In this document: positions 21,069-29,619 of the stretch, in pieces
Layout of the letters: each line of letters opens with the position of its first letter
How positions within the stretch are numbered: position 1 is the stretch's first letter
Source of the DNA: a virus
Taxonomy: Duplodnaviria; Caudoviricetes
Virus record (IMG/VR): IMGVR_UViG_3300032007_000069
Coordinates: 10,328 to 74,327 of that record
Reading direction: 5' to 3' (one strand)
DNA length: 64,000 nt
Position numbers and translations under genes: made by a program
Notes under the pieces: generated by a model
The model's input: the letters and a program-made list of their open reading frames with translations, nothing else
Databases searched by the model: none
Told to the model about the DNA's origin: nothing

Positions 21069-21384
21069 AAACGGGGCTACAAGTTTCTTGTGGTCTCGTT
21101 TTTGATGATGCCACAGGTGAACAAAAATCGGTCTTAACTCGCACTCCCACAATGTCTTACGAGTTGCACACCGAAAAAACGGGGCAACAAGCGGAACGGA
21201 AAATGTGTTCAACATGGATAGGCAAACAGGGCTACAAGAACGGAAAAAACGGGGCTACAAGAATTGCTTGTAACTTGCACTACCACAATACATTACGGAA
21301 GAGGTGTCTGAAAAACGGGGCTACAAGAAGCCGAAAAACGGACACAAAACGAGGCACCAAACAGGGCAACAAACGAGCACAATA
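21069..21384 (+). repeat. Array of AAAC(G/A)GGGC(T/A)ACAA iteron-like repeats followed by an AT-rich tract
   Basis: Copies at 21069, 21177, 21224, 21247, 21313 and 21359 plus degenerate copies; same unit as in the replication initiator gene. Confidence 0.8.
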
Positions 21385-21514
21385 TAAGAATATATAAGAA
21401 TGATAATATATAGGATTATTCACTTCGTTCATAATCCGCGAGGTCGTTTTTCCGAGGTTTAGCTTGCGCTAAACTCGGTTAGGTGTCTTGAAGCAGTTTC
21501 GTTAAAAGTGAGCA

Positions 21515-21641
21515 AAAGTTAAATCTTTGTGTATCAGCGATTTATAGAGAAAATAATTTGAAAAACGTTTTGTCAAATGAAAAAAAATGGCTATCTTTGC
21601 ATTGATATAAGAAACAAAACCATCTAAATGAAAGAGCAATG
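21515..21641 (+). promoter_or_regulatory. Class I promoter/leader module 1
   Basis: AAAGTTAAA 21515, TATCTTTG 21592, TATAAGAAACA 21606, AAGAGCAATG 21632. Confidence 0.75.
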
Positions 21642-21947
21642 AAAACAGCAGAAGTAAACCAGAGCTTAGTCGGTAAGAGAGTCCGGATAACCGAAGGCCT
21701 GTATAAGGGCGAAGGTACGATTGTAGCAACAGTCGAGGGCAAGACGAAGAACCACCCGAAGAGGATAGCAGAAGGTGAGCCGGAAGAGGTCGTCTGCTCC
21801 AAGGGAGTGAGAGTTCATCTTGACAAGCCAGTGTTCCAGTCCTCTGGCTACGGAGTCCAGCACACGGAATGGTGGGAGGATGAGGCTGACATGACAGCAA
21901 GAGTGTTCGATGATTGGGGAAGCCTCCAGTACGTCGAATTGATATAG
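21639..21947 (+). CDS. Hypothetical early protein (KOW/SH3-like)
   Basis: Starts at AAGAGCAATG; LVGKRVRITEGLYKGEGTIV resembles a KOW motif. Confidence 0.65.
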   Translation: MKTAEVNQSLVGKRVRITEGLYKGEGTIVATVEGKTKNHPKRIAEGEPEEVVCSKGVRVHLDKPVFQSSGYGVQHTEWWEDEADMTARVFDDWGSLQYVELI

Positions 21948-21973
21948 TGTCTAACATCTAAAGTAAAAGAGCA

Positions 21974-22462
21974 ATGGAAAGAAGCAGATTGAAAGCAGCC
22001 GTTGAAGAAATGACGGCCATCCTGCAGGAAATGCAGGAAGAAGCGAACGAGTACGACCGCCAGCGGTCAGCATGGTATTATGAGCAGCTTGAGCAGCATC
22101 ACAGCGGTCTCAGCACCATAGCCGAGTTCCAGAACGAGACAGTGGAGAACTACAGGAAGCTGCACAGCGACTTCTACATCGGTGACTTGATTCACAGAGT
22201 CGAGAACCTGGAGAAGCGTCTGGATTTCTTCAACGTGAATAATGCGATGCTCCAGCAGTTCAAGGCAGAGGCCAAGAACCGGGTGCCTGCAGGCTGGAAG
22301 TATTGGGAAGTGACTTACAAGGACAGCCAGTGTGCCGTTGACCAGCACTCGAACTTCTATGCGCCCACTCCGGAAGAGGCAGGTGAAATGTGCAAGAAGG
22401 TGTACTGCTTCGGTCACAACACTATCGACATCGTAGAAGTGAAGGAGGTAAGCCATGATTGA
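21974..22462 (+). CDS. Hypothetical early protein
   Basis: Starts at AAGAGCAATG; coiled-coil N-terminus. Confidence 0.7.
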   Translation: MERSRLKAAVEEMTAILQEMQEEANEYDRQRSAWYYEQLEQHHSGLSTIAEFQNETVENYRKLHSDFYIGDLIHRVENLEKRLDFFNVNNAMLQQFKAEAKNRVPAGWKYWEVTYKDSQCAVDQHSNFYAPTPEEAGEMCKKVYCFGHNTIDIVEVKEVSHD

Positions 22463-22670
22463 TTTGCCTGCAATCGCCCAGCAGATATTAGATACTGCCT
22501 GGAGCCAGTTGGAAGATGCCGACTACGAGAACCATGCGCGTGTAATCATAGGTGGTGACATGGTGCTCATTGACAGAGACGAGTTTGAGGAGTTGAAGCA
22601 GGTTGTCACCAATGACAGAGATCTGCAGGACTTCGAGGAAATAGTAACCATCAAAGAAGAAGACTTATGA
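22455..22670 (+). CDS. Hypothetical protein
   Basis: Overlaps both neighbours; AAGGAGGT upstream. Confidence 0.6.
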   Translation: MIDLPAIAQQILDTAWSQLEDADYENHARVIIGGDMVLIDRDEFEELKQVVTNDRDLQDFEEIVTIKEEDL

Positions 22671-23386
22671 GATTGAAGCATATCACATTTACTGGCATTG
22701 ATTGGCGAACGAGCATGAATGCCTTGTTGGAGATTCAACGTCAGTACCCACTTGTAGAGTTCGGTGTATTGACAAGTTATCATTGGAGCGAGAACGGGAA
22801 CCGCTATTTGCGTCCGGACATCATTCGAGGATTGCGAGGAAGAGGTCTGAACCTCTCACTCCATCTATGTGGTTCTGCAGCACATGATGCAGCAGTAGGT
22901 GAGTGGGAGAAGATAGACGAGTTGTTGCTCGGTTCTCTCGACATCTTCAATCGTGTGCAGTTGAATATATCGAGCAGGAAGGACAACCCCGAGCACTGCT
23001 GGATTCCTCTGGTCATAGGTCAGGAGCTTATCGTGCAACAGCATGACGGTGACGATATGCCTGTCTATAAAGCAACGGTCAAGAAGTGGTCAGAGCATCC
23101 GTTCCCACATCGAGATACCATCAGCGTCCTGTTGGATGCAAGCGGAGGTCGTGGCATAGACACACCATTAAAGGTTTTGCCTACAAGTGGCAAGGTAGGC
23201 TATGCAGGAGGCTTCAACCCAGATAACGTAGGCGAGAAGCTGTCGTTCCTGCTGGAGAACACTCGTATGGGTGAGTTTTGGATAGATATGGAGTCTGGAG
23301 TAAGAACAGACGATTGGTTCGATACCGACAAGGTATTACAAGTGCTTCAGACGTGTCAACAGGTAATCAAAGAGCATGAGGTATGA
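22667..23386 (+). CDS. Phosphoribosylanthranilate isomerase (TrpF)-like TIM-barrel protein
   Basis: LLDASGGRG, GYAGGFNPDNV and WIDMESGVRT parallel TrpF motifs (AGGLxxxNV, DxxSGVE). Confidence 0.65.
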   Translation: MRLKHITFTGIDWRTSMNALLEIQRQYPLVEFGVLTSYHWSENGNRYLRPDIIRGLRGRGLNLSLHLCGSAAHDAAVGEWEKIDELLLGSLDIFNRVQLNISSRKDNPEHCWIPLVIGQELIVQQHDGDDMPVYKATVKKWSEHPFPHRDTISVLLDASGGRGIDTPLKVLPTSGKVGYAGGFNPDNVGEKLSFLLENTRMGEFWIDMESGVRTDDWFDTDKVLQVLQTCQQVIKEHEV

Positions 23387-23886
23387 AGAAGATTGATTTT
23401 TACGAGAAGAAGAAGGCCTTGCATCTGGAAATGCTTGAGGCCATCGTTGCCCTCTTCGAGAAGGCTGGCTTTGACGAGATAGACTTCCTGCCGGAAGGAG
23501 AGTGGCAGCGTAACGCATACGTCCTGTACTGCCCAGATGGAGCATACAGCATACAGGAGTTCCGGGTATGGAAGGTTCGCTGCAATGATGGACTGATAGA
23601 GGTTCTTGCGGAAGGTGACGAGGATGAGCACTGGATTTCCTGCGAACATGCAGGTGACATCATGACAGACTCCCTCGACAGCCTGTATGAGGCGGTGTAT
23701 GATGAAGTGGCAGATCTGAACCATGTGTACTACGTCTGCGAGCTTGACGAGAATGGCAAGCCCACAGGCAAGGTCACGAAAGAGACATGGCGACTGGAGT
23801 ATGCAGAGAGTCAGATGGAGAGCCGAGGTTTCATCTATAACGACTTCGAGACTGCCTTGCTGCACGCTCAGTACGGCAAAAGTTAA
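23383..23886 (+). CDS. Hypothetical protein
   Basis: 167 aa, ATGA overlap with the upstream gene. Confidence 0.65.
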   Translation: MKKIDFYEKKKALHLEMLEAIVALFEKAGFDEIDFLPEGEWQRNAYVLYCPDGAYSIQEFRVWKVRCNDGLIEVLAEGDEDEHWISCEHAGDIMTDSLDSLYEAVYDEVADLNHVYYVCELDENGKPTGKVTKETWRLEYAESQMESRGFIYNDFETALLHAQYGKS

Positions 23887-24001
23887 ACTATCTGTAGCAG
23901 CAGCGATTTCGTGCGATTTCGTTTGCTCAAATGCTATTTTTTGGCTAACTTTACAGCGTTATAAGAAACAAGATTCATTCATCTAAACGCTAAGAGCAAT
24001 G
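23879..24001 (+). promoter_or_regulatory. Class I promoter/leader module 2
   Basis: AAAGTTAAA 23879, TAACTTTA 23946, TATAAGAAACA 23960, AAGAGCAATG 23992. Confidence 0.7.
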
Positions 24002-24514
24002 GAAGCAAAATCAAAGGTCGTAAAGACGAAAAAGATGATGTGGAAAGGCAAGGCCTACGACATCGAACTGACAGAAGAGCAGCTGAATGACATTCGCCAT
24101 GAGGCTGACGTGTGCAAGCTGAACGGATGGGGGTACGACATATTCCTCCAGTGCCGTGTCGGCAACATGATTAGGGAAGACTGGCCGGAAGTTTGTGCCA
24201 CCTGCTTCAAGGAGGCGAACCCAGAACTGAAGGTCGGCTTGGGTGCAACGATGAACCTCTATAGTGACCGCAGGGCCATGACGATAGTCGAGGTCGTGAG
24301 TCCGAAGGAGATAGTGGTTGCGCACAACGACGTGGAGTGCCTGGACTACTACGCTGGCAGCTACGAGGTCAAGCCGACGTACAATAAGAACAGGACTTGT
24401 TCCTTCACCCTCAGACGTAACGGCACATGGGTAGAGAAGGACATGCCTAAAGAGAATGGTTGTGTAACATTGACGGTAGGTGTGCAGAGACACTACATCG
24501 ACCCGTCGTTCTAA
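23999..24514 (+). CDS. Hypothetical early protein
   Basis: Starts at AAGAGCAATG; 171 aa. Confidence 0.7.
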   Translation: MEAKSKVVKTKKMMWKGKAYDIELTEEQLNDIRHEADVCKLNGWGYDIFLQCRVGNMIREDWPEVCATCFKEANPELKVGLGATMNLYSDRRAMTIVEVVSPKEIVVAHNDVECLDYYAGSYEVKPTYNKNRTCSFTLRRNGTWVEKDMPKENGCVTLTVGVQRHYIDPSF

Positions 24515-24528
24515 GAAAGGAGGACACT

Positions 24529-24762
24529 ATGAACAAGGCAAGAAGAAAGTGGCTGGAAGACGTCATTGAGAAGATCGAGGAGGCTCAGCAGGAAATCGCC
24601 AGCATCGCTGAGGAAGAACGCGAGTGCTTCGACAACATGCCCGAAGGTCTGCAGGAAGGTGAGCGTGGCCAGTCCATCAGCGACAATGCAGACAGCCTCG
24701 AAGAAGCGGACAGCGATTTCGAGTCATTGTTAGACACCCTCAGAGAGGTATTGGAGAGATAG
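24529..24762 (+). CDS. Hypothetical acidic coiled-coil protein (MNKARRK...NMPEGLQEGERG)
   Basis: ATG at 24529 preceded by AGAAAGGAGG. Confidence 0.7.
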   Translation: MNKARRKWLEDVIEKIEEAQQEIASIAEEERECFDNMPEGLQEGERGQSISDNADSLEEADSDFESLLDTLREVLER

Positions 24763-24765
24763 CCT

Positions 24766-25011
24766 ATGCAGACGTTGGAGAAGAAGTTCCCGAATGGCTC
24801 AGTCCACACCTATACGCTGACAGAGCCGGACAAGGCTGGCACCACCTCCCATCGGTGGGCTACGAAGGACGGCAAGCCGTTCCTCCATATCATGCCGAGT
24901 GAGGAAGGATATTGCAACCTGTTTATCCATTGCGGAGAGGCAGGGTATCTGAAGCAAGGGGAGCTGATGGTTCCCTTCGACAAGTTGAACATTGAAATGA
25001 TAGCGATATGA
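24766..25011 (+). CDS. Hypothetical protein
   Basis: 81 aa in a tightly packed operon. Confidence 0.55.
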   Translation: MQTLEKKFPNGSVHTYTLTEPDKAGTTSHRWATKDGKPFLHIMPSEEGYCNLFIHCGEAGYLKQGELMVPFDKLNIEMIAI

Positions 25012-25184
25012 GCGAGAGTCTTAAAGAACTACTGAAGCAGCGTGACGGACATATTCCGACCGTGCTGCACTACGAGGAGCTGCTGTATGCCATAACGAAC
25101 AAGCTTGACATCAGTTATGAGACAGCACGCAAGAGATACGGTCAATACACCTATGCCCAATGGGCGAAGATAATCAAGTTTTAA
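25008..25184 (+). CDS. Small hypothetical protein (58 aa, absent from the ORF track)
   Basis: Manual translation MSESLKELLKQRDG...WAKIIKF; ATGA overlap; fills the operon gap. Confidence 0.55.
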   Translation: MSESLKELLKQRDGHIPTVLHYEELLYAITNKLDISYETARKRYGQYTYAQWAKIIKF

Positions 25185-25195
25185 CACTAAGAGCA

Positions 25196-25576
25196 ATGAA
25201 CATGAAAGCAGAAACATTCATCGAGAACAACGTGGTTGAGAACGGAGGTTTCAACCAGCTTGAGGTAGTCGTGAAGAACGATGCCCTGGAGGCAGTGAAG
25301 ATTGCCCACAACGATGCAGTCAAGAAGTGGAGCCTATGGTGCTTCAACTATCACACCCCCTTCGAGCGTACCATCTGTGAGATTTGGGGTGGAACGCTTG
25401 CTGGCTTCGGTGGCCGGTACTACTGCGAGAACAACCACTTCACCCAGCACTTGATAGAGAAGTGGCAGTCATTCGAGAACAGAGGTGACGCAAGGATGCT
25501 GTTCTTCTACTGCGACCTTGACAGCGGTCTCAGAGAGCAGCTTGTGAATTGGGTCATGGAACACTACGCTGGATAG
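25196..25576 (+). CDS. Hypothetical early protein
   Basis: Start placed at AAGAGCAATG (25189-25198). Confidence 0.65.
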   Translation: MNMKAETFIENNVVENGGFNQLEVVVKNDALEAVKIAHNDAVKKWSLWCFNYHTPFERTICEIWGGTLAGFGGRYYCENNHFTQHLIEKWQSFENRGDARMLFFYCDLDSGLREQLVNWVMEHYAG

Positions 25577-25577
25577 T

Positions 25578-25844
25578 ATGCAGTTCGGTATAAACTGGAA
25601 CGATGGCTACGAAGTGACCGTGCTGATGGTCGGAGAACATGGCTTTCTGAGGCACTTTCCCTTGCGCAACTTCGGAGAGCACCAAGGCGATGCGAGAATC
25701 TTCAAGGAGGTCGATTGCCCGAAGCTGACAGATGCCCAGATCCGTATGCTGATTAAGAACTACGACCCGAAAGTGAAGTACAAGCGGATAAGCGGAACGA
25801 GGTTTGTCCGTGAGAAGGTCACAGACCAAGAACGTAGTCAATGA
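25578..25844 (+). CDS. Hypothetical protein
   Basis: 88 aa, convergent with and overlapping the integrase 3' end. Confidence 0.55.
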   Translation: MQFGINWNDGYEVTVLMVGEHGFLRHFPLRNFGEHQGDARIFKEVDCPKLTDAQIRMLIKNYDPKVKYKRISGTRFVREKVTDQERSQ

Positions 25845-27033
25845 CCTTGCGGTTGGCTTCGTCCACCTTGCGATAGTCCGGAGCGATATAGATGGCTGTT
25901 GTCTTGTTGCCATACGAATGGCCCAAGGCAGCAGTTATCGTTTCGCGCGGTATGTCGAGCTGGTTGGCGATGGTTGCCCATGAGTGCCTGGCCACATAGA
26001 CGGAAAGACCAGGAAAGGCAGACAGGTACTCCAGAACTCGCTTCCCATCCTTCATGACGTGCCTGCGTGGTCCGATTTGCTTCAATGCCCTGTTGATTGT
26101 GCTTGTGTATGTGTGAGCGTCCTTGAAGTTGTCGGCTACGTTGAGCAGCTTCTTGGCTCCCCTGTAGCGGTCGATGATTTCCTGTGCCTCCGGCTCAACC
26201 TTGATGTTATAGGGTCTGGAGGTTTTGGAACGCTGGTATATAATTCTACCATCCTCGACTTTTTCGAGGTCACAGAGGTCAACAACGTTGATTCCGATGA
26301 GGTAAAATATCAGCTTAAACATGTCGAGGTACTTACGCTCGTGTGGCAGTACGGGATAGTTGAACAGCTCCCTCAGCCTCTCGACGGAGTATGCTCGCTT
26401 GATGGTTGGCACAGGTCTCACCATGAACTTGCGGAAAGGGTAGTTGTCTGTGATGTCGTTGTCGATGGCATCGTTGAACACGGCTCGGATATTGCGGAAG
26501 TGGATGCTCCTGGTATTCTGTGACGGCTCGAAGTCCATGAGGAAGGTGTCGAACTTCGTGAGCCAGTCCTTGTTGATCTGCTCGAAGGAGAGTTGTCCGG
26601 CCTTGGTGTCGTACTGCTCGATGCGCTTCAGAGTCTCTTGGTAGATTTCCCTTGTGCGCTGTTTCTTACGTGATGCGGTGTAAGCCTTGAAGCGCGACAG
26701 GAACAGATTGCTGTTCTCTGCCATAGGGTCAAGCCTCTCCAGAACGATGTTCTTGATTTGGACGGCAGTCTTCTTGGTCAGCTCTCCGTCTGCAGTCATT
26801 TGAAGCAGTAGGTTGTCGATTCTCTGCTTCAAAGTCTGAATGTATGAGTTGAGCTGAACTTTGTTCGGGCAGTCCTTGACCTTGCCGATACGTTTGTCCC
26901 ACTGGCTTGGCAGTATCTTGACATGAATGGAGAGGAGAGCGGTGTCGCTCTTCTTCGTGATGGCCAGCTTGAGCGGTGCAGGCTCGCCATGCTTGATTGC
27001 CCTTGTGTCGAGATAAAGCTTTGTCGTTACCAT
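25819..27033 (-). CDS. int: Tyrosine integrase (Bacteroidales type, arm-DNA-binding N-terminus)
   Basis: KLYLDTR arm-binding N-terminus; GINVVDL (catalytic Arg region degenerate), YQRSKT, YVARHSWATIA, ALGH and TAIY residues; adjacent att core. Confidence 0.92.
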   Translation of the reverse strand: MVTTKLYLDTRAIKHGEPAPLKLAITKKSDTALLSIHVKILPSQWDKRIGKVKDCPNKVQLNSYIQTLKQRIDNLLLQMTADGELTKKTAVQIKNIVLERLDPMAENSNLFLSRFKAYTASRKKQRTREIYQETLKRIEQYDTKAGQLSFEQINKDWLTKFDTFLMDFEPSQNTRSIHFRNIRAVFNDAIDNDITDNYPFRKFMVRPVPTIKRAYSVERLRELFNYPVLPHERKYLDMFKLIFYLIGINVVDLCDLEKVEDGRIIYQRSKTSRPYNIKVEPEAQEIIDRYRGAKKLLNVADNFKDAHTYTSTINRALKQIGPRRHVMKDGKRVLEYLSAFPGLSVYVARHSWATIANQLDIPRETITAALGHSYGNKTTAIYIAPDYRKVDEANRKVIDYVLGL

Positions 27034-27037
27034 CTAT

Positions 27038-27361
27038 TTGCAGGTTTCTTGCAGGTGATCTCGCTGAACCTCCCTGTTTACGGGCTTCTGAGCCGTTTTT
27101 TGTTGCAGGTTATTTGCAGGTTTTTCGGTTCAGATTGAGCCAAAATGGTGCAAAGTTGTTCAGAAAGTAAGAACGTCCACCTTTTGGGTGAACGTCTCAA
27201 AACCCTTTGTCTATCGGCTTTTCAGCGGAGAGAGGGGGATTCGAACCCCCGAAACACTTTTGATGTTTACACGCTTTCCAGGCGTGACTCCTGTCTTCGT
27301 ATTTTGTTGTTTTCCAGCGACTTGCGAAAGCCTTGTTTCTGATTTGCAGGCTATTTGCAGG
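27038..27361 (+). repeat. Integrase arm-type sites: three pairs of TTGCAGG
   Basis: Pairs at 27038/27049, 27103/27114 and 27344/27355, each with an 11-bp period, flanking the att core. Confidence 0.75.
27226..27286 (-). mobile_element. attP core: 3' half of a tRNA-Ser(GGA)
   Basis: Minus strand reads CACGC-CTGGAAA-GCGTG, long variable arm, GGGGG-TTCGAAT-CCCCC, TCTCTCCG; no D arm or 5' acceptor strand. Confidence 0.85.
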
Positions 27362-27489
27362 TTTTTTGACTTCGCCTGTATGCTTGCCGCTGTTTTGTTC
27401 ATCATTTATTCTTCAAAGAGCGATTTCGGCACGTTTAAGCGCACGAAATGTTAAATCTTGGCATAAAATAGAATTTTCTTAGGAAATCC

Positions 27490-27576
27490 TTTGGATATTC
27501 TAAATTAAATTGCTACCTTTGCACTACATTATTTATATAACCGCACAAAAGTAGGAAAAAAGTGCTTGAGTGCAAA
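27490..27576. promoter_or_regulatory. Face-to-face Bacteroidota promoters
   Basis: Rightward TTTG 27490 plus TACCTTTG 27514 (20-nt spacer); leftward TTTG 27576-27573 plus TACTTTTG 27553-27546 (19-nt spacer). Confidence 0.65.
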
Positions 27577-27592
27577 GGAAATTTGAAGAAAA

Positions 27593-27961
27593 ATGACGCA
27601 AAGTGCACGATTTTTAACGAAAACAGGCAGAAATGGCCTCGAAATGTCACCAATGAGGGCAAAATTGTTCGCTAAAGTGGCAAAAGAGGTGCATGACAGC
27701 ATCTACGAATCATCCTTAGAATCGGACAATGCGTATGCCTCGTTTGACTGCAAGTCCGGAACCATCGAGGTTGAGCTGACCCGCTTCGGTGACGTGAACG
27801 TTTCAGTCGTGCATGAGAACGAACACTCATCCCCCACCCTTGAAAAGGCAATCAGCGAGCACCTGCCCGACTGGTCCGACGTTGAGGCTGAGGCTGAGAA
27901 GGACATGAGAGAAGAACAGGAGTTCCGTGACTACCTGTGGCGGAACTGCCGATATATGTAA
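27593..27961 (+). CDS. Hypothetical protein (start uncertain)
   Basis: First ORF after the 27514 promoter. Confidence 0.55.
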   Translation: MTQSARFLTKTGRNGLEMSPMRAKLFAKVAKEVHDSIYESSLESDNAYASFDCKSGTIEVELTRFGDVNVSVVHENEHSSPTLEKAISEHLPDWSDVEAEAEKDMREEQEFRDYLWRNCRYM

Positions 27962-27979
27962 CATCTAAAGGCAAGAGCA

Positions 27980-28195
27980 ATGAAGGAAACAAAAGAAATC
28001 TGGTCCCTCTTGAAGCATGAAGCCCAGTGGGACAGAATGACAGCCAAGCAAAAGCTGTTGACAGTCTGGTTCAGTCTGTCATTTGTATTGTTAGGTTTGT
28101 GTGGCGAGAGTCTGTTGTTCGCAGTGATAGCAGTTGCGAACTTCGGGCTCTCTGCCTATTTCACCACCAAGTATGTACCGATGGAGGACGAGTAG
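27980..28195 (+). CDS. Small two-TM membrane protein
   Basis: Starts at AAGAGCAATG; two hydrophobic helices. Confidence 0.65.
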   Translation: MKETKEIWSLLKHEAQWDRMTAKQKLLTVWFSLSFVLLGLCGESLLFAVIAVANFGLSAYFTTKYVPMEDE

Positions 28196-28196
28196 T

Positions 28197-28598
28197 ATGG
28201 AATGGACGACTGAACAGCAATCCAAGCAGCTCATCGAAATCGGTGTGCCTGTGGTGACTTATGACGAAATGGTAGGTAATGTGCCGAGGTGGTCGTTCAC
28301 CACGCTCATGCAGATGCTCCCGGCCACGATCTGGCACGAAGACAAGAAGTATCGCCTCTATATGTGCAAGTCCGGCTCTGGCAGCTACACGTTGTGGTAT
28401 CGTCCGCTCCATGGCGGCGAGAGCCTAATGACGCTTGTTGACAGGTCTCTGACGAACCTTGCGTACAGAACCATCCTCAAGCTGAAGGAAGGTGACTATG
28501 TGAAGATAGTTGGCTGGCCTCGCCTGCTCAACCTATCGAAGGAAATGAATAAGGCATACAAGGCAGCAGCCATGTTGAAGAAGGAGGAGGAAGAGTAG
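28197..28598 (+). CDS. Hypothetical protein
   Basis: Start placed at MEWTTEQQ, 1 nt after the upstream stop. Confidence 0.6.
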   Translation: MEWTTEQQSKQLIEIGVPVVTYDEMVGNVPRWSFTTLMQMLPATIWHEDKKYRLYMCKSGSGSYTLWYRPLHGGESLMTLVDRSLTNLAYRTILKLKEGDYVKIVGWPRLLNLSKEMNKAYKAAAMLKKEEEE

Positions 28599-28599
28599 T

Positions 28600-28803
28600 A
28601 TGGTAAACGAAGAACCGAGAGTGCCGCCTACGGCAAGATACAGCATAGGTGAGGCAGCGCAGATACTTGGTGTTCACCGGAACACTCTGCGCAGACACAC
28701 GAACACTGGTCCTACGGGCATCAGTTGCAGCTATCGGAAGTCGAACAACCGCAAGTTCTACACGGGCTTGGATATAGTGAAGTTCTGGAGGGCAAGCGTA
28801 TGA
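28600..28803 (+). CDS. MerR-type HTH, excisionase-like protein
   Basis: RYSIGEAAQILGVHRNTLRRH; near int/attP. Confidence 0.75.
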   Translation: MVNEEPRVPPTARYSIGEAAQILGVHRNTLRRHTNTGPTGISCSYRKSNNRKFYTGLDIVKFWRASV

Positions 28804-28805
28804 GG

Positions 28806-29117
28806 TCAGGAACGGGGCTTGTTCTTCCTTACCATCCTTGGCGGTACGTTGGTGCCATCCTGGAACACTGCCCCCTCGCCTGTCAGCAGCCACAGCGCGG
28901 ACACGTTGTGGTGTTTAGGGAGGAGCGCGAGCACTTCGGGTTTCAGAACGGTGTTCGTCGGCTTCTCCTTAATATGCTGGAGGTTGCGCCTGTTGAGCTT
29001 GTGGTCGGACGTGAAGGACTGCAGCCCTCGGAAGTGACCAGCCTCGGTCAGTATCTCGATGGCCTTGAAGAACCTCTCTGTGATTGCCACACCCTCTGGC
29101 GATATGCGCATAGCCAT
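28806..29117 (-). CDS. XRE-like HTH protein
   Basis: C-terminal VSALWLLTGEG motif of XRE/CI-like domains. Confidence 0.65.
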   Translation of the reverse strand: MAMRISPEGVAITERFFKAIEILTEAGHFRGLQSFTSDHKLNRRNLQHIKEKPTNTVLKPEVLALLPKHHNVSALWLLTGEGAVFQDGTNVPPRMVRKNKPRS

Positions 29118-29119
29118 AG

Positions 29120-29506
29120 TCAGTCGAATTTGCTTTCAAGGAGGGTGATCAGTCTCTCCAGATTTTGGGCATTGAGCTTGTTCGCCTCAGCGTTCATGAG
29201 GTTCGCATCAGCGTTCTTTTTGCCGAGCTGTATGAACTCGCCCATCATCTTCACCATAGCGAGCATGTTGCCATCATTAGGATATTCTAATGGCGGCACG
29301 TCGCTGAGCATGTCACCTTCACCTGTCTTGAGCCATGTGAGGTTCAGCTCCGGGAAGCCCTTCCCGATGAGAGAGAGGGTTCCATCGGTGATGTTGTCAT
29401 TCACCTTGCTACAGAAGCCGTTGGAGAGTCCGCAGATTCTCTCAAATGCCGATGGCTTCATCTTTTTGGCGGCTAAGAAGTCGTATAGCCTGTCTTTTAC
29501 TCCCAT
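29120..29506 (-). CDS. CI-like repressor
   Basis: KPSAFERICGLSNG HTH and FPELNLTWLKTGEGDM; divergent from the Cro-like gene. Confidence 0.75.
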   Translation of the reverse strand: MGVKDRLYDFLAAKKMKPSAFERICGLSNGFCSKVNDNITDGTLSLIGKGFPELNLTWLKTGEGDMLSDVPPLEYPNDGNMLAMVKMMGEFIQLGKKNADANLMNAEANKLNAQNLERLITLLESKFD

Positions 29507-29541
29507 AATGTTAAAAATTGTTGCAAAATAGCATTTTCTAC

Positions 29542-29613
29542 GGATATTCTTAGGATATTCCGAAAATTATGGCTACCTTTGCACTATCATTTAATAAAAA
29601 CAATGCAAAATTA
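29542..29613. promoter_or_regulatory. Lysis/lysogeny switch with candidate operators
   Basis: GGATATTC at 29542 and 29553; rightward TACCTTTG 29574; leftward TAATTTTG 29613-29606. Confidence 0.6.
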
Positions 29614-29619
29614 GCAAAA

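Noticed and set aside
21069-21384. CRISPR array
   Set aside because: Repeats are only 14 bp and degenerate with irregular spacing, and there are no cas genes; they match the ori iterons instead.
21152-21397. 81-aa protein
   Set aside because: It is composed largely of iteron repeats (KNGAT); probably an incidental ORF or rep remnant.
27226-27286. Functional tRNA-Ser gene
   Set aside because: The D arm and 5' acceptor strand are absent; it is best explained as the attP core.
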